From Candidatus Woesearchaeota archaeon (lineage in GTDB: Archaea > Nanobdellota > Nanobdellia > Pacearchaeales > GW2011-AR1): 24,232 bases of DNA. Where the stretch lies: NCBI GenBank assembly GCA_964419805.1, contig CAYQQA010000002.1:825-25056 (forward strand), read 5' to 3'. This document shows, in pieces, positions 23,977 through 24,232 of the stretch. The translations under genes were made by a program, and so were the position numbers. Every line of letters starts with the position of its first letter. Position 1 is the first letter of the stretch. Below the pieces are notes generated by a model, which was not told where the DNA came from, searched no databases, and saw only the letters and a program-made list of their open reading frames with translations.

Positions 23977-24232
23977 TTATAGAATTGTTAAAAAGCCCAA
24001 AATTATGAACAATATCTGAACACCGTTAATAAGCCACACGACTTCTTTTTCAAAAACTTTCTTTGAAGGTTTTATCTTTTTGAGAACCTTAATTGCAAGG
24101 TGTTCAAGCCCGTAAATTTTTTCATACATGAGTTCAAGACTGCCATCCCCATTTGGTTTTCCAAAGCTGTGTTTTTTTAGTTTTCCTTTTACTTTTAAAA
24201 AACATTCAATCATGTAAGGAATAAAAATTATT
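23977..24232 (-). CDS. aglH: C-terminal fragment of a probable UDP-GlcNAc:dolichyl-phosphate GlcNAc-1-phosphate transferase (AglH/Alg7/GPT, MraY-like); gene starts beyond the window
   Basis: The frame is open to the window edge: IIFIPYMIECFLKVKGKLKKHSFGKPNGDGSL...KIYGLEHL...EKEVV plus a terminal TM helix. This matches from memory the FIPYxxEFxLK...SFG...DG.L....KIY C-terminus of archaeal AglH/GPT proteins. Only ~85 aa are visible. Confidence 0.6.
   Translation of the reverse strand, partial: IIFIPYMIECFLKVKGKLKKHSFGKPNGDGSLELMYEKIYGLEHLAIKVLKKIKPSKKVFEKEVVWLINGVQILFIILGFLTIL

Noticed and set aside
1-24232. tRNA/rRNA/ncRNA genes, CRISPR arrays, IS elements, inteins, intrinsic hairpin terminators
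   Set aside because: The longest intergenic gap is 101 nt. No direct-repeat arrays, terminal inverted repeats, transposase or integrase motifs, intein motifs or GC-rich hairpins were seen by eye.

Overview
AT-rich, gene-dense archaeal protein-glycosylation locus. An AglB/STT3 oligosaccharyltransferase and regularly spaced TATA boxes point to Archaea; the compact layout suggests a DPANN-type genome such as Pacearchaeota/Woesearchaeota, which is inference only. About 24 CDS, and no RNA genes, mobile elements or CRISPR arrays were seen. The + strand (1-12387) carries a nonulosonic-acid (sialic-acid-like) biosynthesis region in two modules. Module 1: SpsF-like cytidylyltransferase, GNAT, Gfo/Idh/MocA oxidoreductase, DegT aminotransferase and an orphan GT-B protein. 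Module 2: PseB-like dehydratase, RmlD-like reductase fused to NeuB-type synthase, PIG-L deacetylase, formyltransferase and HAD-Nudix fusion, followed by NeuA and a short UDP-sugar dehydrogenase. The - strand (12384-24232) carries the 3' end of a probable AglH/GPT, AglB, a tightly overlapping wecB-GNAT-CoA-transferase alpha/beta operon, two GT4s, an ArnD-like deacylase, a GT2 and an epimerase; one + strand LbH acyltransferase interrupts this run. Most unusual: (i) a CoA-transferase-fold heterodimer that appears to lack the catalytic Glu, coupled to a GNAT and a sugar epimerase; (ii) a nonulosonate module with no PseG/NeuC-type hydrolase but with a HAD-Nudix fusion, a reductase-synthase fusion and a deacetylase/formyltransferase pair; (iii) TATA octamers exactly 21 nt upstream of seven start codons. 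All functional calls come from motif recognition by eye; no searches were run.
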